Source: Nocardioidaceae bacterium (GTDB lineage: Bacteria; Actinomycetota; Actinomycetes; Propionibacteriales; Nocardioidaceae). Taken from it: DNA of 44,643 bases. Made by a program: the position numbers and the translations under genes. The stretch is from contig JBPCRX010000127.1 of the NCBI GenBank assembly GCA_050996395.1, forward strand, positions 1-44,643, given 5' to 3'. Position 1 is the first letter of the stretch, and each line of letters begins with the position of its first letter. Below are positions 8,290-17,113 of this stretch, piece after piece. A model generated the notes under the pieces. It had not been told where the DNA came from and did not search any database. It worked only from the letters and a program-made list of their open reading frames with translations.

Positions 8290-9474
8290 GTGCTCGTCAT
8301 CGTCGCCCCCGGCCAGGGTGCGCAGACCCCCGGCTTCTTGACCCCCTGGCTCGAGGACCCCCACTTCGCCGATCGACTCCACTGGCTTTCGGCAGTCGGT
8401 GGCATCGACCTCGAGCACTTCGGCACCGTGGCCGATGCTGAGACCATCCGTGACACCGCTGTCGCTCAACCGCTGCTCGTGGCGTCGTCAATGCTGGCGG
8501 CGCTGGCGCTCTTCCCTCATCCTTCCGATGCCTTCGGACGAGTCGGCGCCGTCGCCGGCCACAGCGTCGGTGAGATCGCCGCAGCGACAGGTGCGGGGGT
8601 GCTCAGCGCCGAGCAGGCGATGGTGTTCGTGCGCGAGCGCGGACGCGCCATGGCCGCCGCCGCTGCACGGACCCCGACCGGTATGACGGCAGTGCTCGGC
8701 GGAGACCGCGACGACGTCGTCGATCTGCTCGATCGCCTGGGGCTCACCGCGGCCAACAACAATGGTCCCGGTCAGATCGTCGCCGCCGGCACGCTCCAGC
8801 AGCTCCAGGCGCTGGGCGACCAGCCTCCCGCAAGGGCGAGGCTGATGCCGCTCAGCGTCGCGGGCGCCTTCCACACCGAGCACATGCGTCCGGCGGTCGA
8901 CGTCCTTGCCGCCCTCGCGCGGGCAATCACCACCCACGACCCCCGCACCCGGATGATCTCCAACCGCGACGGGCAGATCGTGCATGACGGCCAAGACGTC
9001 CTCCGGCGGCTCGTCACCCAAGTGAGCAGCCCAGTTCGGTGGGACTTGTGCCTGCAAACCATGACCGACCTCGGCGTCACCGGCATCCTGGAGATGCCGC
9101 CGGCCGGCACTCTCACCGGGATCGCCAGGAGACAGCTCAAGGCGGTCGAGACGTTCGCGCTCAAGACCCCGGACCAGCTCGACGACGCGAGAGCCTTCGT
9201 CGACAAGCATGGTGACGCCTCTCCGTTCGACTCGACGCCCACGTGGCGCATGCTGGTGTCACCGTCCAAGGGGACGTTCCACAAGAGCGAGGCTGATTTC
9301 GGGACAGCGGCGCCGCTGATGCCAGGAATCAGCATCGGTGAGGTTGCCAACCTGCGCGGCGCGACCGAGGTGCTCGCACCCCACGGCGGCACCATCGTCG
9401 AGTGGATCGTCGAGGACGGCGATCTGGTCTCCCCCGGACAACCCCTGGTGCGACTGCACCCCGAAAGCGAGTGA
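8290..9474 (+). CDS. fabD: malonyl-CoA:ACP transacylase fused to a C-terminal biotinyl/lipoyl-carrier-like domain
   Basis: N-terminal APGQGAQ, active-site GHSVGE and ...AGAFHT... are present. The ORF runs to 394 aa instead of about 305-315. Residues ~318-392 look BCCP-like (see finding). Confidence 0.9.
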   Translation: MLVIVAPGQGAQTPGFLTPWLEDPHFADRLHWLSAVGGIDLEHFGTVADAETIRDTAVAQPLLVASSMLAALALFPHPSDAFGRVGAVAGHSVGEIAAATGAGVLSAEQAMVFVRERGRAMAAAAARTPTGMTAVLGGDRDDVVDLLDRLGLTAANNNGPGQIVAAGTLQQLQALGDQPPARARLMPLSVAGAFHTEHMRPAVDVLAALARAITTHDPRTRMISNRDGQIVHDGQDVLRRLVTQVSSPVRWDLCLQTMTDLGVTGILEMPPAGTLTGIARRQLKAVETFALKTPDQLDDARAFVDKHGDASPFDSTPTWRMLVSPSKGTFHKSEADFGTAAPLMPGISIGEVANLRGATEVLAPHGGTIVEWIVEDGDLVSPGQPLVRLHPESE

Positions 9475-9475
9475 G

Positions 9476-10480
9476 ATGAGCCCGTCGATCGCCACTGCCA
9501 GCGGTCATCCACACACCCGCCTGCTGGGGATCGGCGCCTACCGCCCGAGCAGGATCGTCACCAACGACGAGGTCTGCCAGCACATCGACTCGACCGATGA
9601 GTGGATCCGCACCCGCTCCGGCATCATCGAGCGACGTTTCGCCGAGCCACACGAGACCGTCCAGATGATGAGTGTCGAAGCATCGCGCGCCGCGCTCGAG
9701 CGCGCCGACGTCGCCGCCGCGCAGCTCGACTGCGTCATCGTCGCCACGGTGTCGCACCTCATGCAGACCCCCGCTGTGGCCACCTTGATCGCCGACGAGC
9801 TGGGTGCGACCCCGGCCGCCGCATTCGACATCTCCGGTGCCTGCGCGGGCTTCTGCTACGGCGTCGCGCTCGCCTCCGACATGGTGCGGGGCGGCAGCGC
9901 CAAGCATGTCCTCGTCATCGGCGTCGAGCGCCTCTCCGACATCACCGACCCGACCGACCGCGGCACGGCGTTCATCTTCGCCGACGGAGCCGGAGCCGTC
10001 GTCGTAGGACCGTCCGACGTCGAAGGCATCGGGCCGGTCGTCTGGGGAGCGGACGGCTCCAAGTACAACTACATCCGCCAGATCGAACCGTGGTCGGACG
10101 TCATCGCGTCGGACAAGCCGGTGATGCCGACCCTGCGCATGGAGGGCAACCCGGTGTTTCGCTGGGCGTCCTTCGAGATGGCCAAGGTCGCACTGGAGGC
10201 TCTCGACCGCGCCGGGATGACAGTCGGCGACCTCGACGTCTTCGTGCCGCACCAGGCCAACATGCGCATCACCGACGCCATGGCGAGGACCCTCAAGCTG
10301 ACCGACTCGGTCGTCATCGCACGAGACATCTCCCATCAGGGCAACACCTCGGCGGCGTCGGTGCCTCTGGCCGCCAACGCACTACTGGAGTCAGGGGAGG
10401 CCAAAAGCGGTGATGTCGCCCTCTTCATCGCGTTCGGCGCAGGTCTGGCGTATGCCGCTCAAGTGGTCATCCTCCCGTGA
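9476..10480 (+). CDS. fabH: beta-ketoacyl-ACP synthase III
   Basis: ATG 9476 lies 1 nt after the fabD stop. Motifs: DEWIRTRSGIIERR, active-site ACAGF, HQANMRI, GNTSAASVP. Confidence 0.9.
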   Translation: MSPSIATASGHPHTRLLGIGAYRPSRIVTNDEVCQHIDSTDEWIRTRSGIIERRFAEPHETVQMMSVEASRAALERADVAAAQLDCVIVATVSHLMQTPAVATLIADELGATPAAAFDISGACAGFCYGVALASDMVRGGSAKHVLVIGVERLSDITDPTDRGTAFIFADGAGAVVVGPSDVEGIGPVVWGADGSKYNYIRQIEPWSDVIASDKPVMPTLRMEGNPVFRWASFEMAKVALEALDRAGMTVGDLDVFVPHQANMRITDAMARTLKLTDSVVIARDISHQGNTSAASVPLAANALLESGEAKSGDVALFIAFGAGLAYAAQVVILP

Positions 10481-10586
10481 CCGGCTGACCCCACCACTTT
10501 CGCAGCCCTGAGCTGCGGAGCCCCGTCCCGGGGAACTCACCACCCGCCCAACCCGCCACATTCACAGAACTGAAGGAGCCACCCAC

Positions 10587-10835
10587 ATGGCCAGCACCGA
10601 GGAGATCCGCTCCGGACTCGCCGACATCGTCAACGAGGTCGCCGGCATCCCCGCTGACGAGGTCCAGCTCGACAAGTCGTTCACCGATGACCTGGACGTC
10701 GACTCGTTGTCGATGGTCGAAGTCGTCGTCGCGGCCGAGGAGCAGTTCGGCGTCAAGATCCCTGACGACGAGGTCAAGAACCTCAAGACCGTGGGTGACG
10801 CGGTTGCCTATATCGAGAGCAACCAGAGCGCCTGA
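10587..10835 (+). CDS. acpP: acyl carrier protein
   Basis: 82 aa with the LDVDSLSMVE phosphopantetheine motif. GAAGGAG lies 8 nt upstream of the ATG. Confidence 0.95.
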   Translation: MASTEEIRSGLADIVNEVAGIPADEVQLDKSFTDDLDVDSLSMVEVVVAAEEQFGVKIPDDEVKNLKTVGDAVAYIESNQSA

Positions 10836-10898
10836 CCGTACCGCCGGCGGGCCGGCTCGCGAGTCGGTCCGGTCTCCATCGATTACGAGGTGAACCTG

Positions 10899-12134
10899 AT
10901 GAGCCCCACACGTGTCGTCGTCACCGGTCTCGGCGCGACGTCTCCCGTCGGCGGTGATGTGGGCAGCACCTGGTCAGCGCTTGTGGCGGGCACCTCGGGG
11001 GTCCGTGTCCTGACCGAGGACTGGGCTGAGCAGCTGCCGGTCAAGATCGCGGCCCGCGTTGCCGTCGAGCCGGGTGAGGTGCTCGACCGGGTCAAGGCGC
11101 GGCGGCTGGACCGATCCGGGCAGTTCGCGATGATCGCGGCACTCGAGGCGTGGGCCGACAGCTCAATCGAGTCCGATGTGGACCCTGAAAGGCTGGGCGT
11201 CGCGATCGCTTCGGGGATCGGCGGAATCACGACACTGCTCAACAACTACGACCTGCTGCTCGACAAGGGACCGCGCCGGGTCTCTCCCCTCGCGATCCCG
11301 ATGCTCATGCCGAACAGCCCGGCGGCCAACGTCGGCCTCGTCGTCGGCGCGAAGGCGGGCGTCCACACGCCGGTCTCCGCCTGCGCCTCCGGCAACGAGG
11401 CGATCGCCCACGGCATCGACATGATCCGCCTGGGGCGTGCAGACGTCGTACTCGTCGGTGGCACCGAGGCTGCCGTCCACCCTCTGCCCATGGCGGCGTT
11501 CAGCCAGATGATGGCGCTGTCGCGCCGCAACGACGCACCTGCACAGGCGTCTCGGCCCTGGGACATCGACCGCGACGGGTTCGTGCTCGGCGAGGGTGCC
11601 GCCGTGCTGGTCATCGAGAGTGCTGAGCACGCGTCAGCGAGAGGCGCACGGGTGTATGCCGAAGTTGCCGGCGCCGGCATAACCGCCGACGCCCACGACA
11701 TCGCTCAACCAGACCCCGAAGGGCTCGGCGCGACCCGGGCGATCCGCCGGGCGCTCGTCGAGTCCGACCTGGCCCCGCGCGACATCGCTCATATCAACGC
11801 GCACGCCACCTCGACGCCGCAGGGGGACGTGGCCGAGTGCATGGCCATCACGAACGCGTTCGACGGCCAGACCGACCATGTCGTTGCCACGTCGACCAAG
11901 TCCATGACCGGGCATTTGCTCGGCGGGGCGGGCGCGCTGGAGTCCGTCGCCACGGTGCTGGCACTGCATCACCGCGTCTCTCCTCCGACGATCAACGTGG
12001 ACCGGCTCGACCCATCGGTCAAGCTCGACATCGCCACCGAGCAGCGCCCGCTGCCCGCCGGTGACATCGCCGCCCTCAACAACTCATTCGGCTTCGGCGG
12101 GCACAACGTCGCCATCGCCTTCCGCTCAGTCTGA
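10899..12134 (+). CDS. fabF: beta-ketoacyl-ACP synthase II (KasA/FabF)
   Basis: RVVVTGLGATSPVG, active-site SACASG, HATSTPQGD and NSFGFGGHN are present. ATG 10899 is preferred over GTG 10890 because ACGAGG (10885-10890) gives 8-nt spacing. Confidence 0.9.
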   Translation: MSPTRVVVTGLGATSPVGGDVGSTWSALVAGTSGVRVLTEDWAEQLPVKIAARVAVEPGEVLDRVKARRLDRSGQFAMIAALEAWADSSIESDVDPERLGVAIASGIGGITTLLNNYDLLLDKGPRRVSPLAIPMLMPNSPAANVGLVVGAKAGVHTPVSACASGNEAIAHGIDMIRLGRADVVLVGGTEAAVHPLPMAAFSQMMALSRRNDAPAQASRPWDIDRDGFVLGEGAAVLVIESAEHASARGARVYAEVAGAGITADAHDIAQPDPEGLGATRAIRRALVESDLAPRDIAHINAHATSTPQGDVAECMAITNAFDGQTDHVVATSTKSMTGHLLGGAGALESVATVLALHHRVSPPTINVDRLDPSVKLDIATEQRPLPAGDIAALNNSFGFGGHNVAIAFRSV

Positions 12135-12141
12135 GGTAGCC

Positions 12142-13626
12142 ATGACGACAACCGACCGCACCGAGACGCCCATCCCGACCCAGCCGGTGCCTACGAACAC
12201 GCCTGCGGGCAAGCCTGCGAACAAGCCGGCAAAACTGCCGCGCGAGCTGGACCCACGCAACCCGAACACACGTCTCACTGCCTTGTTCGACGAGGGAAGC
12301 CTCAAGCTCATCAGCGCCGACGACGACAGCGGCATGCTGGCAGCGGTCGGCACTATCGAGGGCGTGCGCACCGTCGCGTTCTGCTCCGACGCCACCATCA
12401 TGGGAGGCGCCATGGGAAACGAGGGTTGCAAGGTCGTCGTAGGCGCCTACGCACGAGCGATGGCCGACGACGCTCCCATCGTGGGGTTGTGGCACTCCGG
12501 CGGCGCACGGCTCGCGGAAGGGGTGCTGTCGCTGCACGCGGTCGGGCTCATCTTCCATGCGATGACGCAGGCGTCAGGCAAGATCCCGCAGGTGTCCGTC
12601 GTGCTCGGGCCGGCGGCAGGAGGCGCCGCCTACGGGCCGGCACTGACCGACGTGGTGATCCTCGGCCCCGACGGGCGCATCTTCGTCACCGGTCCCGACG
12701 TCGTCCGCTCCGTCACCGGGGAAGACGTCGACATGCTGCGCCTGGGCGGTCCCGAACCGCACGGGCGGCGCTCAGGCGTCGTCCACATACTGGCCGACTC
12801 GGAGTCCCAGGCGCTCGACGACGCGAGACGGTACGTCGCTCTGCTGGGCGACCAGCGCAAGGTCGACGAGGCCGCCGTTGCTGACGTCGACCTGGCCGAC
12901 CAGCTGCCCGAGTCCAAAAAGCGTGCCTACGACGTGCACCCGCTCGTCAGCGTGCTGCTCGACGCCGAGTCGATGCTCGAGCTCCATGAGCGGTGGGCGC
13001 CCAACATCGTCACGGCCCTGGGGCGGCTGGGTGGTCGCACCGTCGGTGTCATTGCCAACAACCCGCTGCGCCTAGGAGGCTGCCTGGACTCGCCATCGGC
13101 CGAGAAGGCTGCGCGCTTCGTGCGGATGTGTGACGCGTACGGCGTCCCGCTGGTCGTGGTGGTCGACGTGCCGGGCTACCTACCAGGAGTCGGGCAGGAG
13201 TGGGACGGGGTCGTGCGCCGCGGAGCCAAGTTGCTCCACGCCTTCGGTGAGGCGACCGTGCCACGTGTCACCCTGGTGACACGCAAGGCCTATGGCGGCG
13301 CCTACATCGCGATGAACTCACGCTCGCTGGGCGCTGACCGGGTGTTCGCATGGCCGGGCGCCGAGGTCGCCGTCATGGGCGCCGTTGCCGCCGTCCGCAT
13401 CCTGCACCGTCGCAAGATCGCGGGGGTCGCGCCGGACCTTCGTCCCACGGTCGAGGCGGAGCTTGCCGCTGAGCACGAGCTGATCGCCGGTGGCATCGAC
13501 CGAGCTGTCGAGATCGGTGTGGTGGACGAGGTGGTCAAGCCGACTGTGACCCGCTCAGCGCTGGCAAAGGCGATCGCCGGAGCCGACAAAGGCCTGCGCG
13601 GCAAGCACGGCAACATTCCGCTCTAG
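12142..13626 (+). CDS. accD6: acyl-CoA carboxylase carboxyltransferase (beta) subunit, AccD6-like
   Basis: ATG 12142 follows GAGG. Carboxyl-transferase pattern: DATIMGGAMG, GGARLAEG, VVLGPAAGGAAYGPALTD, ANNPLRLGGCLD, AYGGAYIAM. It sits after fabF, as accD6 does in mycobacteria. TAG stop. Confidence 0.85.
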   Translation: MTTTDRTETPIPTQPVPTNTPAGKPANKPAKLPRELDPRNPNTRLTALFDEGSLKLISADDDSGMLAAVGTIEGVRTVAFCSDATIMGGAMGNEGCKVVVGAYARAMADDAPIVGLWHSGGARLAEGVLSLHAVGLIFHAMTQASGKIPQVSVVLGPAAGGAAYGPALTDVVILGPDGRIFVTGPDVVRSVTGEDVDMLRLGGPEPHGRRSGVVHILADSESQALDDARRYVALLGDQRKVDEAAVADVDLADQLPESKKRAYDVHPLVSVLLDAESMLELHERWAPNIVTALGRLGGRTVGVIANNPLRLGGCLDSPSAEKAARFVRMCDAYGVPLVVVVDVPGYLPGVGQEWDGVVRRGAKLLHAFGEATVPRVTLVTRKAYGGAYIAMNSRSLGADRVFAWPGAEVAVMGAVAAVRILHRRKIAGVAPDLRPTVEAELAAEHELIAGGIDRAVEIGVVDEVVKPTVTRSALAKAIAGADKGLRGKHGNIPL

Positions 13627-13642
13627 GACGGGACGAGCCAGG

Positions 13643-14170
13643 TCAGACGACGTGGTGGAGCCAGCGCACGGGAGCGCCGTCGCCCGCGTGCCGGAACGGT
13701 TCCAACGCCTCGTCCCAGTCCTTGCCCAACAGCTTGTCGAGCTCGTCGACCAGTGCCACCTGCCCGATTGACGCCTTCACCACCGCGGCCTTCAGCCGGT
13801 CCTCCGGGATCATGATGTCGCCGTGTAGTCCGGTGACTGCGTGATAGACCCCGAGAGACGGCGTGCAGGAGAACCGCGCGCCTTCACTACTGAGCGTCGG
13901 ATCCTCGGTCACCTCGAAGAGCAGGTGCTCCCAGCCGCGCAGCGCCGAAGCCAGCCGACCCGCAGTGCCGACGGGACCACTCCACGAGTACTCGCTGCGA
14001 TAGGTTCCCAACCGAGCTGGCTGCGGGATCCACGTCAGGTCGATGGGCATGCCAAGCACGCCCCCTGCGGCCCACTCCACGTGAGGGCACAGCGCCGAGG
14101 GCGCAGCATGCACGAACAGGACCCCACGCGTGTGAGCGTGGTAGCCATCCGCATTGCCGTTCCTGTTCAC
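13643..14170 (-). CDS. DUF3145 domain protein
   Basis: TRGVLFVHAAPSALCPHVEWAAGGVLG...LTWIPQP...YRSEYSWSG is the DUF3145 pattern. Start set at GTG 14170, 4 nt after GGAGG. The longer ORF to 14245 adds a non-conserved leader. Confidence 0.7.
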   Translation of the reverse strand: MNRNGNADGYHAHTRGVLFVHAAPSALCPHVEWAAGGVLGMPIDLTWIPQPARLGTYRSEYSWSGPVGTAGRLASALRGWEHLLFEVTEDPTLSSEGARFSCTPSLGVYHAVTGLHGDIMIPEDRLKAAVVKASIGQVALVDELDKLLGKDWDEALEPFRHAGDGAPVRWLHHVV

Positions 14171-14300
14171 CGCTCCTCCTCGAAGGTAAGAGATTCGCCT
14201 TCCCCAGCGATCTACAGCCTTCGATAAGAGTGAACGACACTTCATTGTGCACCATGAGCCTCACTGGCACCAGTAGTCTGCTGGTGTCTGCAGACCGAAT

Positions 14301-14342
14301 GTATGGTATTCCCCATACGACTTAGTATGGAAAATACCATAC
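14301..14342. promoter_or_regulatory. two tandem 18-bp palindromes GTATGG-N6-CCATAC (14301-14318 and 14325-14342), candidate operator pair
   Basis: GTATGGTATTCCCCATAC gactta GTATGGAAAATACCATAC, 24 bp centre to centre. AT-rich in a GC-rich genome. It ends directly at the AAGGAGG RBS (14343-14349) of the ATPase gene. A TAGTAT -10-like hexamer lies at 14323-14328. Confidence 0.5.
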
Positions 14343-14357
14343 AAGGAGGCGACCTTG

Positions 14358-15533
14358 ATGCGTGCATTTCCTTTTGAGTCCCCGATTACTGCAGACTCTC
14401 TCATCGACCGCCGCGACGAACTTCACCAGCTGCACCTCGCGGCCGCTGATGGCGCTCACGTCCGTGTCGCCGGGCCTCGTCGATACGGCAAGACGTCGCT
14501 GCTGCTGGCCCATCAAGCCAACCTCGCAGAGACCGGCTGGCGGACCGTGCATGTCGACTTCTACGGGGTGACGTCCCTCGTCGAGGTGTGTGCTCGCCTG
14601 GCGACGGCATACGGTCGGATCAAAGACAACCGGATTCGCTCCCACCTGGAGTCTCTCAACAGCAGACTCGGTATGACGCTTACCACCACAGGCGTCGGCA
14701 TCACCCTCGGGCCGCGGGCGGCTCAGCCGTCGCAGGATGCGTCACTGACGGCGGCCGCCGAGCTGTTGGACCTGCCGGTGCGCCTGTTCGAGCACGACCG
14801 GAGGCAGACGCTGGTCGTGTTCGACGAGTTCCAGGACCTCCTGAGCGCCGGTTCGACCCTCGACGGGTTGCTGCGCTCCCATGTGCAGTATCACGGCGAG
14901 TCTGCAACCTATGTGTACGCCGGTTCGCAGCCCTCACTGATGCGGCGCCTGTTCACCGACCGAGAGCGCCCGCTCTACGGTCAGGCCGAACCCCTCGAGC
15001 TCGCCCCGCTTCCGATCGATGAGGTGCTGGTCGAGCTCGGCCAACGGTTCGCCGACCTCGAGGAGGACCCAGGAGAGGCACTCGCGCCGCTCGTCGCAGC
15101 GGCAGCCGGCCACCCGCAGCGCACGATGCTCCTCGCGCACCTGCTGCACCGCGAGCTGGGGATGCGGGCTGGTGGCTCCACCACGCTGGAGAACGAAGGG
15201 GCTGGCAGCGAAGGTCTCGCGCTGGCCGACGCGATCATCGGACGGGCGCTCAGCCAGACCGACGAGGCGCACCGCGCAGTCTGGGACGGCCTCAGCGCCG
15301 GCAAGAAGGCAGTCCTTGCTGCTTTGGCCGACGGCATCCGCCCCACCGGGTCTCGGGCCACCGAGCGGTCGGGCTTCACACGCGCCACGCGGCAGTCGGC
15401 GCTGCGGGAGCTCGGACGAGAGGGGCAGCACATCCGGCGGGTCCGCACCCACGCCGAGGGCAGCGGGGACTGGCAGTACATCGACCCCCTGTTCGCGCGC
15501 TGGGTGTCCGTGCGGGGCCACGTTGCTCCCTGA
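14358..15533 (+). CDS. Arch_ATPase/DUF234-type AAA ATPase with C-terminal winged-helix-like region
   Basis: Walker A GPRRYGKTSLL, Walker B LVVFDEFQ, C-terminal ...WQYIDPLFARWV tail typical of this family. AAGGAGG lies 8 nt before ATG 14358 (TTG 14355 is an alternative). Confidence 0.75.
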   Translation: MRAFPFESPITADSLIDRRDELHQLHLAAADGAHVRVAGPRRYGKTSLLLAHQANLAETGWRTVHVDFYGVTSLVEVCARLATAYGRIKDNRIRSHLESLNSRLGMTLTTTGVGITLGPRAAQPSQDASLTAAAELLDLPVRLFEHDRRQTLVVFDEFQDLLSAGSTLDGLLRSHVQYHGESATYVYAGSQPSLMRRLFTDRERPLYGQAEPLELAPLPIDEVLVELGQRFADLEEDPGEALAPLVAAAAGHPQRTMLLAHLLHRELGMRAGGSTTLENEGAGSEGLALADAIIGRALSQTDEAHRAVWDGLSAGKKAVLAALADGIRPTGSRATERSGFTRATRQSALRELGREGQHIRRVRTHAEGSGDWQYIDPLFARWVSVRGHVAP

Positions 15534-15559
15534 CGAGCGGCGGTCGAGCCTCAAGCCCA

Positions 15560-16366
15560 TCAGGTTGCCTGTGCCGGGGCCAGCTCGACCTGCAGCTGGC
15601 GCTCGGTGTCATCGAAGCCCAGGGACCGGTAGAGCCTGATCGCGCTGTAGGTGGGGTCGACGATCATCACCAAGGTGTGCGCGTCAAGTTTGTCGAACCC
15701 GTAACTACTGACGAAGTGAACCAGCGTGCCGGCGAGACCGCGACGCCGATAGTCCTTCAGCGTCCCCACGGACTGGAAGCGGGCAAGACCGTCGCCCGCC
15801 TTGAAAAGGCCCATGCTGCTCACAAGCCGGCCGCCGACGAATGCGCCGAACCAGCCCCCGTGGCCCGCCTCGACCATGGCTCTGGCCGTTGCCGTCTTGG
15901 CGCGTGCGAACTGCTCGTTGGCGGGGTCCCCGTCATCGTCGTCTGAGGTGTGCGCGAACCTCAGAAGCACCTGCTGCTCCCAGTCGTCGTCGCTGGACAG
16001 CCGACGAAAGACCGCGTCCGGGTCCGGGCGGGCCGGGGCGTGTGTCGACCGCGCGGTCATCACCGTGGCCACCTCGGCCGTCATACCGGCCGCCGTGAAG
16101 CCGGAGAGCTGATCGAGCTGACCGTCTACGCCGTCGAAACCCATGGCTACGTGCGCCGCTTCGGGGAACCGGACCCGGAAGGTGTCAAGCCACCTCGGGA
16201 AGTCGTCGCGAGGAGGTGGGGCTGACAGCAGCAGAAAGTTGCCCCACCAGAAGGTCGGGTTGTGAGGTGTACGAACCGCGAGGTAGTCGCCCTGGTCCTC
16301 GAACTGGCTACCACCCAGTCGCAACATCTCGAGATCGGTCCGCCAGCCGAGTGACGTGATCTCCAC
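15560..16366 (-). CDS. GNAT family N-acetyltransferase
   Basis: Start at GTG 16366 (VEITSLGWRTDLEMLRLGG...NPTFWWGNFLLL). Acetyl-CoA motif QSVGTLKDYRRRGLAGTLV. The upstream 145 aa of ORF 15560..16801 overlap the NmrA-like gene and are rejected. Confidence 0.75.
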   Translation of the reverse strand: MEITSLGWRTDLEMLRLGGSQFEDQGDYLAVRTPHNPTFWWGNFLLLSAPPPRDDFPRWLDTFRVRFPEAAHVAMGFDGVDGQLDQLSGFTAAGMTAEVATVMTARSTHAPARPDPDAVFRRLSSDDDWEQQVLLRFAHTSDDDDGDPANEQFARAKTATARAMVEAGHGGWFGAFVGGRLVSSMGLFKAGDGLARFQSVGTLKDYRRRGLAGTLVHFVSSYGFDKLDAHTLVMIVDPTYSAIRLYRSLGFDDTERQLQVELAPAQAT

Positions 16367-16373
16367 CGGACGA

Positions 16374-16405
16374 GGGTATGCCGGAGGCGCTCGACCGGCA
16401 TACCC
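16374..16405. repeat. perfect 11-bp inverted repeat GGGTATGCCGG-N10-CCGGCATACCC (stem-loop)
   Basis: Lies between the NmrA-like stop (16431) and the GNAT start (16366) on the minus strand. There is no U-tract. The arm ends 7 nt before the GNAT GTG. Confidence 0.6.
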
Positions 16406-16430
16406 TGCTTTGCCGGGGACGCCTGCCAGC

Positions 16431-17045
16431 TCAGTAGTGGGCGACCGTGAACCGCTCGCGCCTGGCTCGTGGACGCTCGACCTCGTCAACGATCGCCACG
16501 GCGAAGTCCTCGGCGCTGATCCAGTCCCCGACCGGCGTGTTGACGCCGACGCGGTAGTGCCCACTGCGTTCCCCCGGTGACAGCGAAGGCGGCGGCGAGA
16601 CATATACCCAGTCCGCGAAACCACCGGAGTCCCTGAGAAGCTCGAGCGCCGCTGCCTGGGCGAGCGCCTCTGCCCTGACCGCGGCGGGAAACTCAGGCGC
16701 GTCCAGAAGTCGCAGGCCCGGTGCGACCTCCAGGGAGCCGGCATCGCCGACGACCACGAGGCGACGCGTGCCGACGTTCTCGACGAGTGTGGCGATTGCA
16801 TGGAGGAAGACCTCCGGTCTGCCGCCGCTGCGACTCGGCCCGATCGCGCAGATCACGACATCGTGCTCGGCAGCAACGCGAGCGACGTCGTCGGAGTCGC
16901 TCGCGTCCCCGAGGCGGGGCTCAGTGCCGGCAGGCGCCTCCGCCAGGTGACGACTCAAGGCGGTGACCCGGTGATCGCGGCTAAGCGCCTCGACGGCGAT
17001 ACGCGAGCCGACCATGCCGGTGGCACCGTAGAGCGCGATCTTCAC
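16431..17045 (-). CDS. NAD(P)H-binding NmrA/atypical SDR family protein
   Basis: N-terminal Rossmann motif MKIALYGATGMVGSRI. 204 aa, typical for this family. Confidence 0.75.
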   Translation of the reverse strand: MKIALYGATGMVGSRIAVEALSRDHRVTALSRHLAEAPAGTEPRLGDASDSDDVARVAAEHDVVICAIGPSRSGGRPEVFLHAIATLVENVGTRRLVVVGDAGSLEVAPGLRLLDAPEFPAAVRAEALAQAAALELLRDSGGFADWVYVSPPPSLSPGERSGHYRVGVNTPVGDWISAEDFAVAIVDEVERPRARRERFTVAHY

Positions 17046-17113
17046 GGGCCTATCCTTCTCATCGTCCGTAGTACTGCTGTTGTGACATGATCGCCGACGA
17101 CGACGAAGGACGC

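Noticed and set aside
8209-8292. The TAG stop of the PucR regulator is in frame with fabD, with no further stop over 26 codons. Amber read-through would fuse the regulator to FabD.
   Set aside because: A shared frame has a 1-in-3 chance, and 26 stop-free codons are unremarkable in GC-rich DNA. The regulator ends at a family-typical point after its HTH, and fabD has its own canonical N-terminus (xxxxAPGQGAQ). This is treated as coincidence.
15560-16801. N-terminally extended versions of several ORFs in the track: 15560..16801, 40826..42013, 41634..43289, 5832..7349, 24961..26496, 12061..13626, 9338..10480.
   Set aside because: The extensions overlap neighbouring genes or lack any family-like sequence. 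In each case an internal start reproduces the usual N-terminus of the family, often with an RBS or stop-start coupling.
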